From positions 1 through 32,000 of the forward strand of contig JAWOFX010000050.1 of NCBI GenBank assembly GCA_046497275.1: 32,000 nt of DNA. Direction: 5' to 3'. Positions 7,451 through 16,994 of this stretch are shown piece after piece (position 1 is the first letter of the stretch; every line of letters begins with the position of its first letter). Under the pieces are notes generated by a model. It was not told the origin of the DNA. It did no database searches and saw only the letters and a program-made list of their open reading frames with translations. The position numbers were made by a program, and so were the translations under genes. This DNA is from Promethearchaeia archaeon (GTDB lineage: Archaea > Asgardarchaeota > Lokiarchaeia > Sigyniarchaeales > SOKP01).

Positions 7451-8887
7451 ATGGCATTTATAAGTAAAAAATTGGAAAAAAACACTTTTGGTGTTATTGT
7501 TGGAAATCGTGATGTCTTTCCAAGTCCATTAGCTGAAAAAGGCAGAAAAGAAATAATCCAAGTCTTAGATGAACTTGATTTTAACTATATAATTTTATCT
7601 GAAAATGATACTGAGTATGGTGTGGTTGAAACTTATGATGATGCTAAAGAGTGTGCTAAGTTATTTAGAGAGAATAGAGAAAAAATAAATGGAATATTAG
7701 TCATTCTCCCAAATTTTGGCGATGAAAAGGGCGTAGCTGATACCATAAGATTATCGGGATTAAACGTTCCTGTGTTAGTTCAAGCATCATCAGATGAAAT
7801 AAATAAAATGGATAGAAGGCATAGGCGAGATGCATTTTGTGGAAAGATTTCTGTTTGTGGGGTCTTAAAACAATATAATATCCCATTTACACTTACAAGT
7901 CAACATACTTGTCCAATAACATCTAAAATATTTAAAAAGGATCTAATAAATTTCGATAAAATTTGCAGAATTATTAAGATGGTCAAAAATGCTCGTTTTG
8001 GACAAATTGGAACCAGACCCAGCGCGTTTGATACGGTGAGATATAGTGAAAAAATATTGGAACATTATGGAATTACAATCGAACCAATTGATCTTTCCGA
8101 AATATTTGGTGCAATAGAAAGATTGGATCCTGATGATCCTCGAATAAGTGAGAAGACTGAATTTATTAAGTCATATACTTCTACAAATATGTTCCCAGAT
8201 GAGGGATTACTAAAATTAGCAAAACTTGCAGTAGTAGTAGAGGAATGGGTTGAAGAAAGAGAGCTGGATGGTTTTGCTTTCCAATGCTGGCCATCTATAG
8301 TTTCCAACTTTGGAATAGTTCCTTGTGCCGTAATGAGTATTTTCAGTGAAGGATTAATCCCCGCTGCGTGCGAAGTCGATATCGCCGGACTAGTTGGTAT
8401 GTATATTTTAGAAGCCGCGACTGAAACACCTTCAGCGATATTAGATTGGAATAATAATTATGGTGAAGATCTAAATAAAATGGTTCTATTCCATTGTAGC
8501 AATTTACCTAAATCCTTTTTTAAAGACAGTAAAATGACAACCCATCCAATAATGGCAGAATTTGATGGAGAAGAAAATACATTTGGGGCAATTCAAGGGA
8601 GAATAAAATCAAAACAATGTACTCTATTAAGAATTGACACTGATGACACCACAGGTACTATTAGAGGTCTCATAGCAGAAGGAAAATATACAGAAGATAC
8701 ATTAGAGACTTTCGGGGGATATGGAGTCATAGAAATTCCAGAACTTCAAAATTTATTGAAAAAAATATGCAAGAGAGGTTTTGCTCATCATGTTGCGGCT
8801 AATTTAAATGAAGTTGGAGCAATTACTAATGAAGCACTATCCACTTACCTAAATTGGGATATAGAATTTCATAATAATACTATCTAA
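7451..8887 (+). CDS. L-fucose/L-arabinose isomerase family protein
   Basis: PNFGDE, DAFCGKISV, FQCWP, ACEVDIAG, LDWNN, FHCSN and GFAHH motifs. Confidence 0.85.
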   Translation: MAFISKKLEKNTFGVIVGNRDVFPSPLAEKGRKEIIQVLDELDFNYIILSENDTEYGVVETYDDAKECAKLFRENREKINGILVILPNFGDEKGVADTIRLSGLNVPVLVQASSDEINKMDRRHRRDAFCGKISVCGVLKQYNIPFTLTSQHTCPITSKIFKKDLINFDKICRIIKMVKNARFGQIGTRPSAFDTVRYSEKILEHYGITIEPIDLSEIFGAIERLDPDDPRISEKTEFIKSYTSTNMFPDEGLLKLAKLAVVVEEWVEERELDGFAFQCWPSIVSNFGIVPCAVMSIFSEGLIPAACEVDIAGLVGMYILEAATETPSAILDWNNNYGEDLNKMVLFHCSNLPKSFFKDSKMTTHPIMAEFDGEENTFGAIQGRIKSKQCTLLRIDTDDTTGTIRGLIAEGKYTEDTLETFGGYGVIEIPELQNLLKKICKRGFAHHVAANLNEVGAITNEALSTYLNWDIEFHNNTI

Positions 8888-8889
8888 AG

Positions 8890-9987
8890 TTATTTTTTCC
8901 TTTTTATTGTCAACTTTTTATTGAAAAAATCAGTTTCTAATATTTCTTTTTTAGATTTCGATAGATTTGTTTGCAATTCAAAAGGATATACAATATTCAC
9001 TTTAGATTTCTTGTGATAACTTAAAATTCTCTTTCTAGTCAAATATATCGCATATTGTGAATTATCTACTCCAATCCATCTTCTATGTAATTTTTCAGCA
9101 GCAAAAAGTGTAGTACCTGAACCACAAAAAAAATCCGCTACAAGATCATCTTTGTTTGTACCAATTTTAATTATTCTTTCCAATAGTTTATGGTGTTTTT
9201 GTGTTGGATAACCAGTCCATTGTTTTGATGCTGGTTGTAAGCATGGGATCCTCCAGACGTCATCTAATTTTTTATCTTTCACAATTCTATAGATCACATG
9301 ACCATTTTTATCTTTCGCATTTTTCAAAGTTCCATCAATCATCACCCGTTTTAATTGCTTAATAGGTTTCTCACGCGGAATCCGTAATTGATTAAATTTG
9401 TGGGTATCCGATTTAGAATATACAAGTATATCATCGTGAGCTCTGGGCAAATTATATTTCCCAGCACTATATTTGTTATAATAATACCATACAATTGAGT
9501 TTACAAAATTCTTCTCTCCAAAAATCTCATCCATAATGGCTCGAATATAATGATTAGCATGCCAATCTAGATGAATAAAAATCAAACCGTGGAGAGATAA
9601 CAATTTTTCAAATACAATAATTCTTTTATAAATCATATTTAAGTATGAATCTAAATCATTTTGCCATTTATCATGATAAGCAATGTTTTCAACATCCTCC
9701 TCATCTTCAAATATTTGGATATTATAATTAGTCCCTGAAAAAAAAGGGGGGTCAATATAAATTAAATCAATTTTATCTTTAAATTTAGGTAATAAATATG
9801 AAGCTACTCTAAGATTTTCACCCCAATAAAGCTTATTTTTCCAATTGTTAGATTTGGAGAATTGATCTAATTTTTTATAATTAGTAAGGGAATGGATTTC
9901 AATCCTTTCAAACTTATGATCTTTAGATTTTAACTTTTCTAAATACTCTCTCGATTCATCCTTGTTATTCCAAGTTAAATTTACCAT
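8890..9987 (-). CDS. Site-specific DNA methyltransferase (N6A/N4C, beta class), orphan
   Basis: IDLIYIDPPF catalytic motif precedes the ADFFCGSGTT SAM motif; DVW and YPTQK motifs present. Confidence 0.9.
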   Translation of the reverse strand: MVNLTWNNKDESREYLEKLKSKDHKFERIEIHSLTNYKKLDQFSKSNNWKNKLYWGENLRVASYLLPKFKDKIDLIYIDPPFFSGTNYNIQIFEDEEDVENIAYHDKWQNDLDSYLNMIYKRIIVFEKLLSLHGLIFIHLDWHANHYIRAIMDEIFGEKNFVNSIVWYYYNKYSAGKYNLPRAHDDILVYSKSDTHKFNQLRIPREKPIKQLKRVMIDGTLKNAKDKNGHVIYRIVKDKKLDDVWRIPCLQPASKQWTGYPTQKHHKLLERIIKIGTNKDDLVADFFCGSGTTLFAAEKLHRRWIGVDNSQYAIYLTRKRILSYHKKSKVNIVYPFELQTNLSKSKKEILETDFFNKKLTIKRKK

Positions 9988-10057
9988 CTCTATCTAAATA
10001 ATTATGCCTTTTCCTCTTTAAATTTTTATTATTAATAGAATAAAAACCCAAAAAAAG

Positions 10058-11317
10058 TTAAAAAATAGGGAGAGAAAAGATATAAATCGTTAGAAAGGTG
10101 GAAGTAAAGAGAAGAGAAATCGTTATAGACTGATAAAAGATTAAATGAAGTAAATATTTTGTTCTATTTTTCTCCTTATCTAAAACTCGCAATGAATAAA
10201 ATATTTTATTTATAATAGCAGCCGTAAGCCCTATGGCTAATAATAATAAAGCTTGAGCAATATTTACTAAACCACTTACATAACTCGTTGCTACAAACAA
10301 AGAGGAGGCTCCACCTGATAATAAACCAATTAAAAAGGAGATAATTGAATAGGCGATAAAATTTTTAAAAAAGAAATAATCTAATATAAAAGTGACTAAG
10401 AGTGCAAATGCATATGTTCCAGAAAAGATTAAGGCACTCTTTAAAGAAAGGGGATTTTCAATTTTATCAAACTTCAACTTAGTCTCTTTTTTTCTTAAGA
10501 TTAAGAAAGATCCAAATAAACCAACTGTTGCTGTCAAAAATATTGGTAAAAAAGCATATTCAAGTAAATCTATAGCTCCCAAAAGTATTATCAATATCAT
10601 TCGACCTAGCATCGTCTGGATTACTAACCAGATGGAAGAAGATGAAGCTCCAATTTCCGCAAGTTGAACTGTGGTTGCTTCACTATGAGCAAAACCACCT
10701 AATAATGATATATAGTATAAATTATGCTCTGCTGAATACTTTAATAGAAAATAACTAAAATATTTTATAGCTAAGATTGTTATGAATATGAAAATGATGG
10801 ATCTTAGGTTGATATTTACGATAACTATATCTTCAGGGATTAGAATAAATAACAATACAACAATTGCAATAAATTCAACAGTACCCGTCCATTCTATTCT
10901 ACGTAAGTTTTTAATTTTATAGAATTGCTTTTTTGTTGATAAAATAATTAGGAAGATGACAGATATAGCAATCGCTAACAAATAGTTATAAAAGGATAAA
11001 ATTCCCACCACTATTGCTAACAGCATCGATAGAGTAGTAGTATATCCGGGATCCTCTTCATGAAATAGTCTATATACACTTCCAATTAAAAGAAATAAAA
11101 TTATACCTCCAAGAGTGATAGTCAAAACCCAAATGCCCAAAACCTCTAAATAATTCTCATAAATAACAATTAAAGTAGTGGCAATCATAGAAACAAAAAT
11201 ATGATCTCGGGCTCCATATTGGGCGCTTTGTCGTGTTCTTTCGATTCCTATGATAAAACCACAGAAAAAAGATATAATAATTTTTAAAAAGAGATCGTAA
11301 AATTCTATTTGAGTCAT
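10058..11317 (-). CDS. MgtC/SapB-family N-terminus plus DUF4010-type membrane protein
   Basis: GFIIGIER...YGARDH at the N-terminus; LGGFAHSEATT matches the DUF4010 GG.SSTA region; about 12 TM segments. Confidence 0.75.
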   Translation of the reverse strand: MTQIEFYDLFLKIIISFFCGFIIGIERTRQSAQYGARDHIFVSMIATTLIVIYENYLEVLGIWVLTITLGGIILFLLIGSVYRLFHEEDPGYTTTLSMLLAIVVGILSFYNYLLAIAISVIFLIILSTKKQFYKIKNLRRIEWTGTVEFIAIVVLLFILIPEDIVIVNINLRSIIFIFITILAIKYFSYFLLKYSAEHNLYYISLLGGFAHSEATTVQLAEIGASSSSIWLVIQTMLGRMILIILLGAIDLLEYAFLPIFLTATVGLFGSFLILRKKETKLKFDKIENPLSLKSALIFSGTYAFALLVTFILDYFFFKNFIAYSIISFLIGLLSGGASSLFVATSYVSGLVNIAQALLLLAIGLTAAIINKIFYSLRVLDKEKNRTKYLLHLIFYQSITISLLFTSTFLTIYIFSLPIF

Positions 11318-11472
11318 TTCTATATAGAACTATATATTCTTTCGCTTATATTAATAAAATCAATTTTACTCTTAAATTTATTGATAATTGATTTAAATTT
11401 AAGGAAACCTATTTTATAGATAGTAGAATGCTCTAAGTTTTACACTAAAAAAAATAAAAAGGGGTTGCTAAA

Positions 11473-12273
11473 ATGGTAGAGTTAAAAATTGGGTGTGCAG
11501 GATGGAGTTATGATGATTGGATTGAAACATTCTATCCCAAACATCTAAATAGATCTGACCATCTAAATTTCTATTCTAAATATTTTAACCTCGTAGAAAT
11601 AAATGCTACTTTTTATAACCTCTCTTCTAAAGAAATGGTATTCAATTGGAATAATCGCGTACCTGAAGATTTTCGATTTGCAGTAAAAGTTTGGAAAGAA
11701 ATAACTCATAAATATGAACAAGAAGACCTTAATTATGTAATATATCAATTTTTTGAACAATTAAGACCGTTAAATGATAAAGTTGATTATTACCTATTAC
11801 AATTTCCTCCTTGGTTTAAATATTCAGATAAGCATGTTGAATACTTAAGAAAAATTATTGATTTACTTCCTTCGAATAATAAATATGTAATTGAATTGAG
11901 AGATAATTCTTGGTTTGACGAGAATATTATCAAAATACTAACTAAGAAATCAAATATTATAATTGCAACCTCTTATATAGAGGAGATCATACCTTATTAC
12001 GCTCCAAATCAAAATTCCTATTATATTCGGTTAATTGGAGATAGACAAATCCAATCTTTTAAAATTGTTCAGCGAAAAAAAGAAGAAGAAATCACTCAAT
12101 TGATTAATAAAATACAAGAACTAAAGGCGAATAAAAATGTAAAGGAAATTTTTATCATAGTAAATAATCATTATACAGGATTTGCTCCAGAGACGGCAAA
12201 TGAATTAAAAAAGAAATTAGGCCACCCATATCATCAATTCTCAAAGCAAAAAAGCTTATCTGATTTTATATAA
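11473..12273 (+). CDS. DUF72 (YecE-like) TIM-barrel protein
   Basis: IGCAGWSY.DW...FYP, VEINATFY, FAVKVWKEITH, LLQFPP, IELRDNSW and NNHYTG motifs. Confidence 0.9.
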   Translation: MVELKIGCAGWSYDDWIETFYPKHLNRSDHLNFYSKYFNLVEINATFYNLSSKEMVFNWNNRVPEDFRFAVKVWKEITHKYEQEDLNYVIYQFFEQLRPLNDKVDYYLLQFPPWFKYSDKHVEYLRKIIDLLPSNNKYVIELRDNSWFDENIIKILTKKSNIIIATSYIEEIIPYYAPNQNSYYIRLIGDRQIQSFKIVQRKKEEEITQLINKIQELKANKNVKEIFIIVNNHYTGFAPETANELKKKLGHPYHQFSKQKSLSDFI

Positions 12274-12376
12274 TTTGATTTAAGGTTATTTAAGATCACA
12301 AATCTTAAGCAGATTATTCCTTTAATAATTAGTTTTATATTTTATACCGTGAAAATGATATAATAACAATATAGGT

Positions 12377-12381
12377 GGTGA
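12377..12381 (+). promoter_or_regulatory. Archaeal ribosome-binding site GGTGA
   Basis: GGTGA, 5-nt spacer, ATG at 12387. Confidence 0.65.
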
Positions 12382-12386
12382 TCATA

Positions 12387-12923
12387 ATGAATAAAAAACC
12401 AGAAAATAATGTCGGTAAGGAATTGTTTTTAGATAAAATCGAAAAATTATCTCTTCAAATTGAGAAATTAACATCTGAAATCTCTCAAATGAAACATAAA
12501 CTGGATAAAAGCAATAAAATAAACCGGTCATTCGGATTGAAATCCTTGCAGAAATCCGAACCACTTAATTTTACCAAAGAAGTATTTGGCATTGGAAGCC
12601 CAACCAAACGTTACTTGCTATCAATCAGAGCCATTACTGAGATTTGGAAAAATCGCAAGAATGATTTTTTGATCACCATAAGACAGCAAGAGAAAGAAAC
12701 TCACAAAGATCTAAAAGCATTGGGGATTAGAATTCCAATTGAAGATATTAAACAGCTAAGAACTCTTTCACGAGAGATCCTTTCATTATTATATGTAGCT
12801 TGCGAACTTAAAAATGTGGAAATTAATGAAATTCTAAGAGAGGTTTTGCAAGAAATTAATGAGGATGGCTTAGATATGGTGCGAGAGATTAAAAATATCA
12901 TGGTTTTAAAATCTCATCCTTAA
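12387..12923 (+). CDS. Hypothetical protein: N-terminal coiled coil plus possible PC4/Whirly-like domain
   Basis: Heptad pattern in KIEKLSLQIEKLTSEISQMKHKL; then RYLLSIR...FLITIRQ...GIRIPIEDIKQL. Start moved to ATG 12387 because of the RBS. Confidence 0.6.
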   Translation: MNKKPENNVGKELFLDKIEKLSLQIEKLTSEISQMKHKLDKSNKINRSFGLKSLQKSEPLNFTKEVFGIGSPTKRYLLSIRAITEIWKNRKNDFLITIRQQEKETHKDLKALGIRIPIEDIKQLRTLSREILSLLYVACELKNVEINEILREVLQEINEDGLDMVREIKNIMVLKSHP

Positions 12924-13000
12924 TATTTAAAGAAATACTAAAAAGGTGTAAAATCTTTTTATAGAAATAAAAAGTAAATTGATATTATAAGAAATTGAAA

Positions 13001-13005
13001 GGTGA
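13001..13005 (+). promoter_or_regulatory. Ribosome-binding site GGTGA
   Basis: GGTGA, 5-nt spacer, ATG at 13011. The ORF-track GTG at 13002 lies inside this site. Confidence 0.65.
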
Positions 13006-13010
13006 AAATA

Positions 13011-13802
13011 ATGAATTATGAGGATATCATATTTGAAAAGAAGAATAAAATAGCGAGGATTACTATTAATCGACCAGAACGGTATAATGCATGTACTCAA
13101 CGTACAGTTCATGAATTAATTGATGCTCTTAATCAATGTATGAATAAAGAAATAGGGGTTGTTGTTTTTACAGGTAAGGGTGAAAAAGCATTTTGTACCG
13201 GTGGGGATCAAACAACTCGGGACAAGGGAGGCTACAAAGGGGAGCAGATGTTGCCCTTAGAAGTTGGCTGGCAGCGTGTTACTTTTTTAATCCGTACATT
13301 GCCAAAACCTGTTATTGCCCGAGTAAATGGTTTTGCTATCGGAGGAGGTCATGTCTGGCATGTTAATTGTGATTTGAGTATCGCAGCTGAACATGCGGAA
13401 TTAGGGCAAGCAGGACCGCGGGTTGGTTCATTTGACCCTGGCTATGGTACCGGAGATTTAATGAGAGCTGTTGGCATCAAGCGTGCAAAAGAAATATGGT
13501 TTTTATGCCGTAGATATCCTGCACAGAAAGCTTTAGAAATGGGACTTGTGAATGCAGTAGTTCCCTATGAGAAATTAGACGAAGAAGTAGATAAATGGTG
13601 TCAAGAAATTTTAGATAAAAGCCCTACTGCATTAAAAATGTTGAAATATGCCTTTTTGGCTGAAACGGATGGAGTAAGTGGAATAACACAATTAGGTGTT
13701 GGAGGTCTATCGCTTTATTATGGGACCGATGAGGCAGTGGAAGGAAAAAATGCTTTTGTTGAACGTCGAAAACCTGATTTCAATCAATATAGGGAAAAGT
13801 GA
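13011..13802 (+). CDS. MenB/BadI-family crotonase (naphthoate synthase MenB-like; possibly 2-ketocyclohexanecarboxyl-CoA hydrolase BadI)
   Basis: ITINRPERYNA, AFCTGGDQ, GFAIGGGHV, GSFDPGYG, AKEIWFLCRRY and YYGTDEAVEG motifs. Confidence 0.85.
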   Translation: MNYEDIIFEKKNKIARITINRPERYNACTQRTVHELIDALNQCMNKEIGVVVFTGKGEKAFCTGGDQTTRDKGGYKGEQMLPLEVGWQRVTFLIRTLPKPVIARVNGFAIGGGHVWHVNCDLSIAAEHAELGQAGPRVGSFDPGYGTGDLMRAVGIKRAKEIWFLCRRYPAQKALEMGLVNAVVPYEKLDEEVDKWCQEILDKSPTALKMLKYAFLAETDGVSGITQLGVGGLSLYYGTDEAVEGKNAFVERRKPDFNQYREK

Positions 13803-13809
13803 TTATAAA

Positions 13810-14661
13810 TTGGATATTAAAAACGTTTGTGTAATCGGCGCTGGTACCATGGGTTCAGGTATCGCACAAATATGCGCAATTAATGGTTATACTGTGAATT
13901 TAGTTGATTTAAACACGGATATCTTGGAGGAAGCAAAAAATTCAATTAAGGAAAATCTAAACAGATTTTTTATCTCAAAAGGTAAAATTACAGAAGAAGA
14001 AGGAAAAAATGTTATTAATAAAATTAATCTTTTGCTTGAAACAGAAAAAGCAGTAAAAGATGTGCAAATGGTAATCGAAGCAGTCTTCGAAGATATGAAT
14101 TTGAAACAAAATCTATTCTCTGACTTAGATAACTTATGCGAAAATAAAGTAATTCTTGCTTCTAATACATCTTCACTAAGTATTACAGATATAGCTTCGA
14201 AAGCTAAAAATCAAGAAAGAATTGTTGGTATTCATTTCTTTAATCCCGCTCCAATTATGAAATTAATTGAATTAGTAAAAGGAGAGAAAACGTCTAAAGA
14301 AGTAATACAAATATCAAAAAATTTCTCAGAAAGTCTTAATAAAACCGTTGTAATAGTTAATGATGCCCCAGGATTTGTAACTACTCGCTTAATTTATGTA
14401 TTATGTAACGAGGCTATAAAACTTTTAGAAGGAGGTATTGCTAAGCCTGAGGATATTGATACCGCTTGTAAATTAGCATTTAATTTTCCAATGGGACCGA
14501 TTGAGCTTTCGGATTTAGTCGGTAATGACATTTATTACCATGTTGGAAAATATTTGGGAAAAGAATTAGGAAAATTTTATAAACCTAGCCCTAAACTTAA
14601 AGAATTGGTTGATAAAAATCTTCTAGGAAGAAAAACAAAAAAAGGTTTTTATACTTATTGA
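13810..14661 (+). CDS. hbd: 3-hydroxyacyl/3-hydroxybutyryl-CoA dehydrogenase
   Basis: GAGTMGSGIAQ, IEAVFE, LASNTSSL, HFFNP..MKLIE, PGFV and PMGP motifs. Likely start is TTG 13810, 7 nt after AGTGA overlapping the upstream stop; the ORF-track extension overlaps the previous gene. Confidence 0.88.
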   Translation: MDIKNVCVIGAGTMGSGIAQICAINGYTVNLVDLNTDILEEAKNSIKENLNRFFISKGKITEEEGKNVINKINLLLETEKAVKDVQMVIEAVFEDMNLKQNLFSDLDNLCENKVILASNTSSLSITDIASKAKNQERIVGIHFFNPAPIMKLIELVKGEKTSKEVIQISKNFSESLNKTVVIVNDAPGFVTTRLIYVLCNEAIKLLEGGIAKPEDIDTACKLAFNFPMGPIELSDLVGNDIYYHVGKYLGKELGKFYKPSPKLKELVDKNLLGRKTKKGFYTY

Positions 14662-14713
14662 ATCCTCCTCTTTTCATAAATTTTTATTTTATAAAAAATT
14701 TAGTTAACTAATC

Positions 14714-15622
14714 TTAGGGATTCAAAAAATCGGGATCAAGATATTCAGGATTGGGATATTCATAAAATCCTTTACCCGTTTTTATCCCAAGATCACCTCT
14801 CTGAATTTTTTCTAAAAGTGCTTTTGGAGGAAGATCTTTTGGATCCTTTGAATCATTATAATATACCATTTCAATATCATAAACAACATCTAATCCTACT
14901 TTATCCATAAGAGCAAAGGGACCTTCCTTGGCTCCTGTAAATACCATCCATGCACGATCCACATCTTTAAAATCAACAAAACCATTTCCCCACATATATA
15001 GGGTTTCACGCTTGATTGCTCTCCAAACACGATTAAAACAAAAGCCCAATAGTTCCTTTTTTACAGTGAGTGGTATAAAATTTAAAGAGCGAACCCATTC
15101 TATTCCTTTTTGTAATATTTCAGGGTTTGTTTTAGTTCCTCCCATAACATCTACTATATTTAATCCTTGTAATGGAAAATAGAAATGTATATTTAAACAA
15201 GAATTAGGACGTCCACTGCTTTCCTCTAATCTGGATACGGGAATCGAAGAGCTATTGGTTGCTATAATAGCATTCGGTGATGTATGTTCCCCAATTTGTT
15301 TGAATATTTCTCTTTTAAGATCAATCTTCTCAGGAACTGCTTCAATAACTAATTCCGCATTCCTAACAGCATCTCTAATATTATTCTCTTGCCTAATCTT
15401 ATTTATACAGTCTTTCCATTTATCCATCGGGATTAAGGGCTTTATTTCTTTGCTTTCCATTTCTAAATGGAGTTTCTTGAAATTTCTCTCAAGCGCTCCA
15501 AGTTGAGGATCATAGGTTCTAACATCATAATTATTATAAGCAGCTATCATAGAGATTTGAGTCCCCAATGTACCAGTACCTATGACAGAAACTTTTTCTA
15601 AAGGTCTATTATTTTTTTTCAT
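14714..15622 (-). CDS. 3-hydroxyacyl-CoA dehydrogenase family protein (divergent)
   Basis: GTGTLGTQI, IEAVPEKIDLK, ATNSSS, HFYFP, GPFALMDKVGLD and KTGKGFY motifs. Confidence 0.85.
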   Translation of the reverse strand: MKKNNRPLEKVSVIGTGTLGTQISMIAAYNNYDVRTYDPQLGALERNFKKLHLEMESKEIKPLIPMDKWKDCINKIRQENNIRDAVRNAELVIEAVPEKIDLKREIFKQIGEHTSPNAIIATNSSSIPVSRLEESSGRPNSCLNIHFYFPLQGLNIVDVMGGTKTNPEILQKGIEWVRSLNFIPLTVKKELLGFCFNRVWRAIKRETLYMWGNGFVDFKDVDRAWMVFTGAKEGPFALMDKVGLDVVYDIEMVYYNDSKDPKDLPPKALLEKIQRGDLGIKTGKGFYEYPNPEYLDPDFLNP

Positions 15623-15673
15623 ATTTTTGCCCTCATTTATAGTATTTTAAACTTCAAATAACAATATTTCTCC

Positions 15674-16819
15674 TTAATTTAACTCCTCACGTGCAATTAT
15701 TAAATATTGAATTTCGGTTGTTCCCCCGCCGATCATAAAGAATTTTGCATCTCTAAAATATCGTTCAACTGAATAGTTATCTGTATATCCACTTCCTCCA
15801 TGTATTTGAATTGCATCTGAGGCGATCTTTACCGCATTTTTACTTGAGAACGCTTTTGCCATAGATGCTTCTTTAACGAGGTTGATATTTAATTCATGCA
15901 ATTTTGCTGCACTATAAGTCAATAATCTTGAGGCTCTTAGATTTGTTGCCATTTTTGCAATTTTCAATCTTATTATTTGAAAACGTGAGATTGGTTTATC
16001 GAATTGTAGATTATTTTTAGCATATTTTTTAGAATCTTCTAAAGCTGCCATTGAAATTCCATTACATTCAGAACTGAGCGTAATTCTTTCTACATTAAAA
16101 GTAGCCATTAAATTGTCAAATCCTTTTCCCTCATCGCCTATCATATTTTCTTCGGGGACTTCTACATTTTCAAGTTTAAGTATTCCATTATGTAATCCAT
16201 GCATACCGCATAAAGCATATGGATTTTCAACCTTAAATCCAGGTGTGTCTTTTTCAACCATAAATACGCTCATTCCATTTCTTGGATCAACATTCTGATT
16301 AGTAATGGCCCATATAAAATAATAATCTGCAATTCCTGCATTAGTTATAAATCTTTTTGTACCATTCAGAATATAATTATTGCCTTTTTTCTCTGCTTTT
16401 GTTTTAATTCCAGCTACATTTGAACCCGCCTCTTCCTCTGTAACGCAAATAGAACATAATTTTTCGCCAATAGCCATTTTTTTTAAATATTTTTCTTTTT
16501 GTTCCTCGTTTCCATAATTCGTAATTAGATAATTCATCAAAATACAAGGTGTTCTTATAACTGAAACTGCTACATTCATTCGTGCGATTTCTTCTGTAAT
16601 AATGCAATGAGCTATCATCCCCAATTCAGTGCCATTATATCTTATAGGAACTAAAGTCCCAATATATCCATGATTACCAATCTTTTTGATTATAGAAATA
16701 GGAATTTCCTTTTTCTTATTGATTTCATCTTTAATTGGAGCTAATTCCTTAGATAAGAATTCTCTGATTTCATTCTTTAAAGCGATATGTTCTTCTGAAA
16801 AAAACAATTTATTCATCAT
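15674..16819 (-). CDS. Acyl-CoA dehydrogenase (isovaleryl/long-chain type catalytic register)
   Basis: CVTEEEAGSN, GTKRFITNA, QFDKPI..FQ, AIQIHGGSGY and ERYFRDAK motifs. Confidence 0.92.
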   Translation of the reverse strand: MMNKLFFSEEHIALKNEIREFLSKELAPIKDEINKKKEIPISIIKKIGNHGYIGTLVPIRYNGTELGMIAHCIITEEIARMNVAVSVIRTPCILMNYLITNYGNEEQKEKYLKKMAIGEKLCSICVTEEEAGSNVAGIKTKAEKKGNNYILNGTKRFITNAGIADYYFIWAITNQNVDPRNGMSVFMVEKDTPGFKVENPYALCGMHGLHNGILKLENVEVPEENMIGDEGKGFDNLMATFNVERITLSSECNGISMAALEDSKKYAKNNLQFDKPISRFQIIRLKIAKMATNLRASRLLTYSAAKLHELNINLVKEASMAKAFSSKNAVKIASDAIQIHGGSGYTDNYSVERYFRDAKFFMIGGGTTEIQYLIIAREELN

Positions 16820-16994
16820 TCATCCCTTTTTTAAAATCGTAATAACAAAGATATTGAAATTATAAGGAGATTTTTTTCTTAATATCTATTGTATGTTACT
16901 CTATCAAGACAATATTTATAGTATTAGTATCTAAAATTTCATGAATTTCAAATTTTAAAGAATATGAGATATGAAAGGAAGAAATAATTCTTAA

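Noticed and set aside
13696-13809. 38-aa N-terminal extension of the HAD ORF
   Set aside because: It overlaps the end of the upstream gene and does not look like a domain; TTG 13810 gives a normal Rossmann start.
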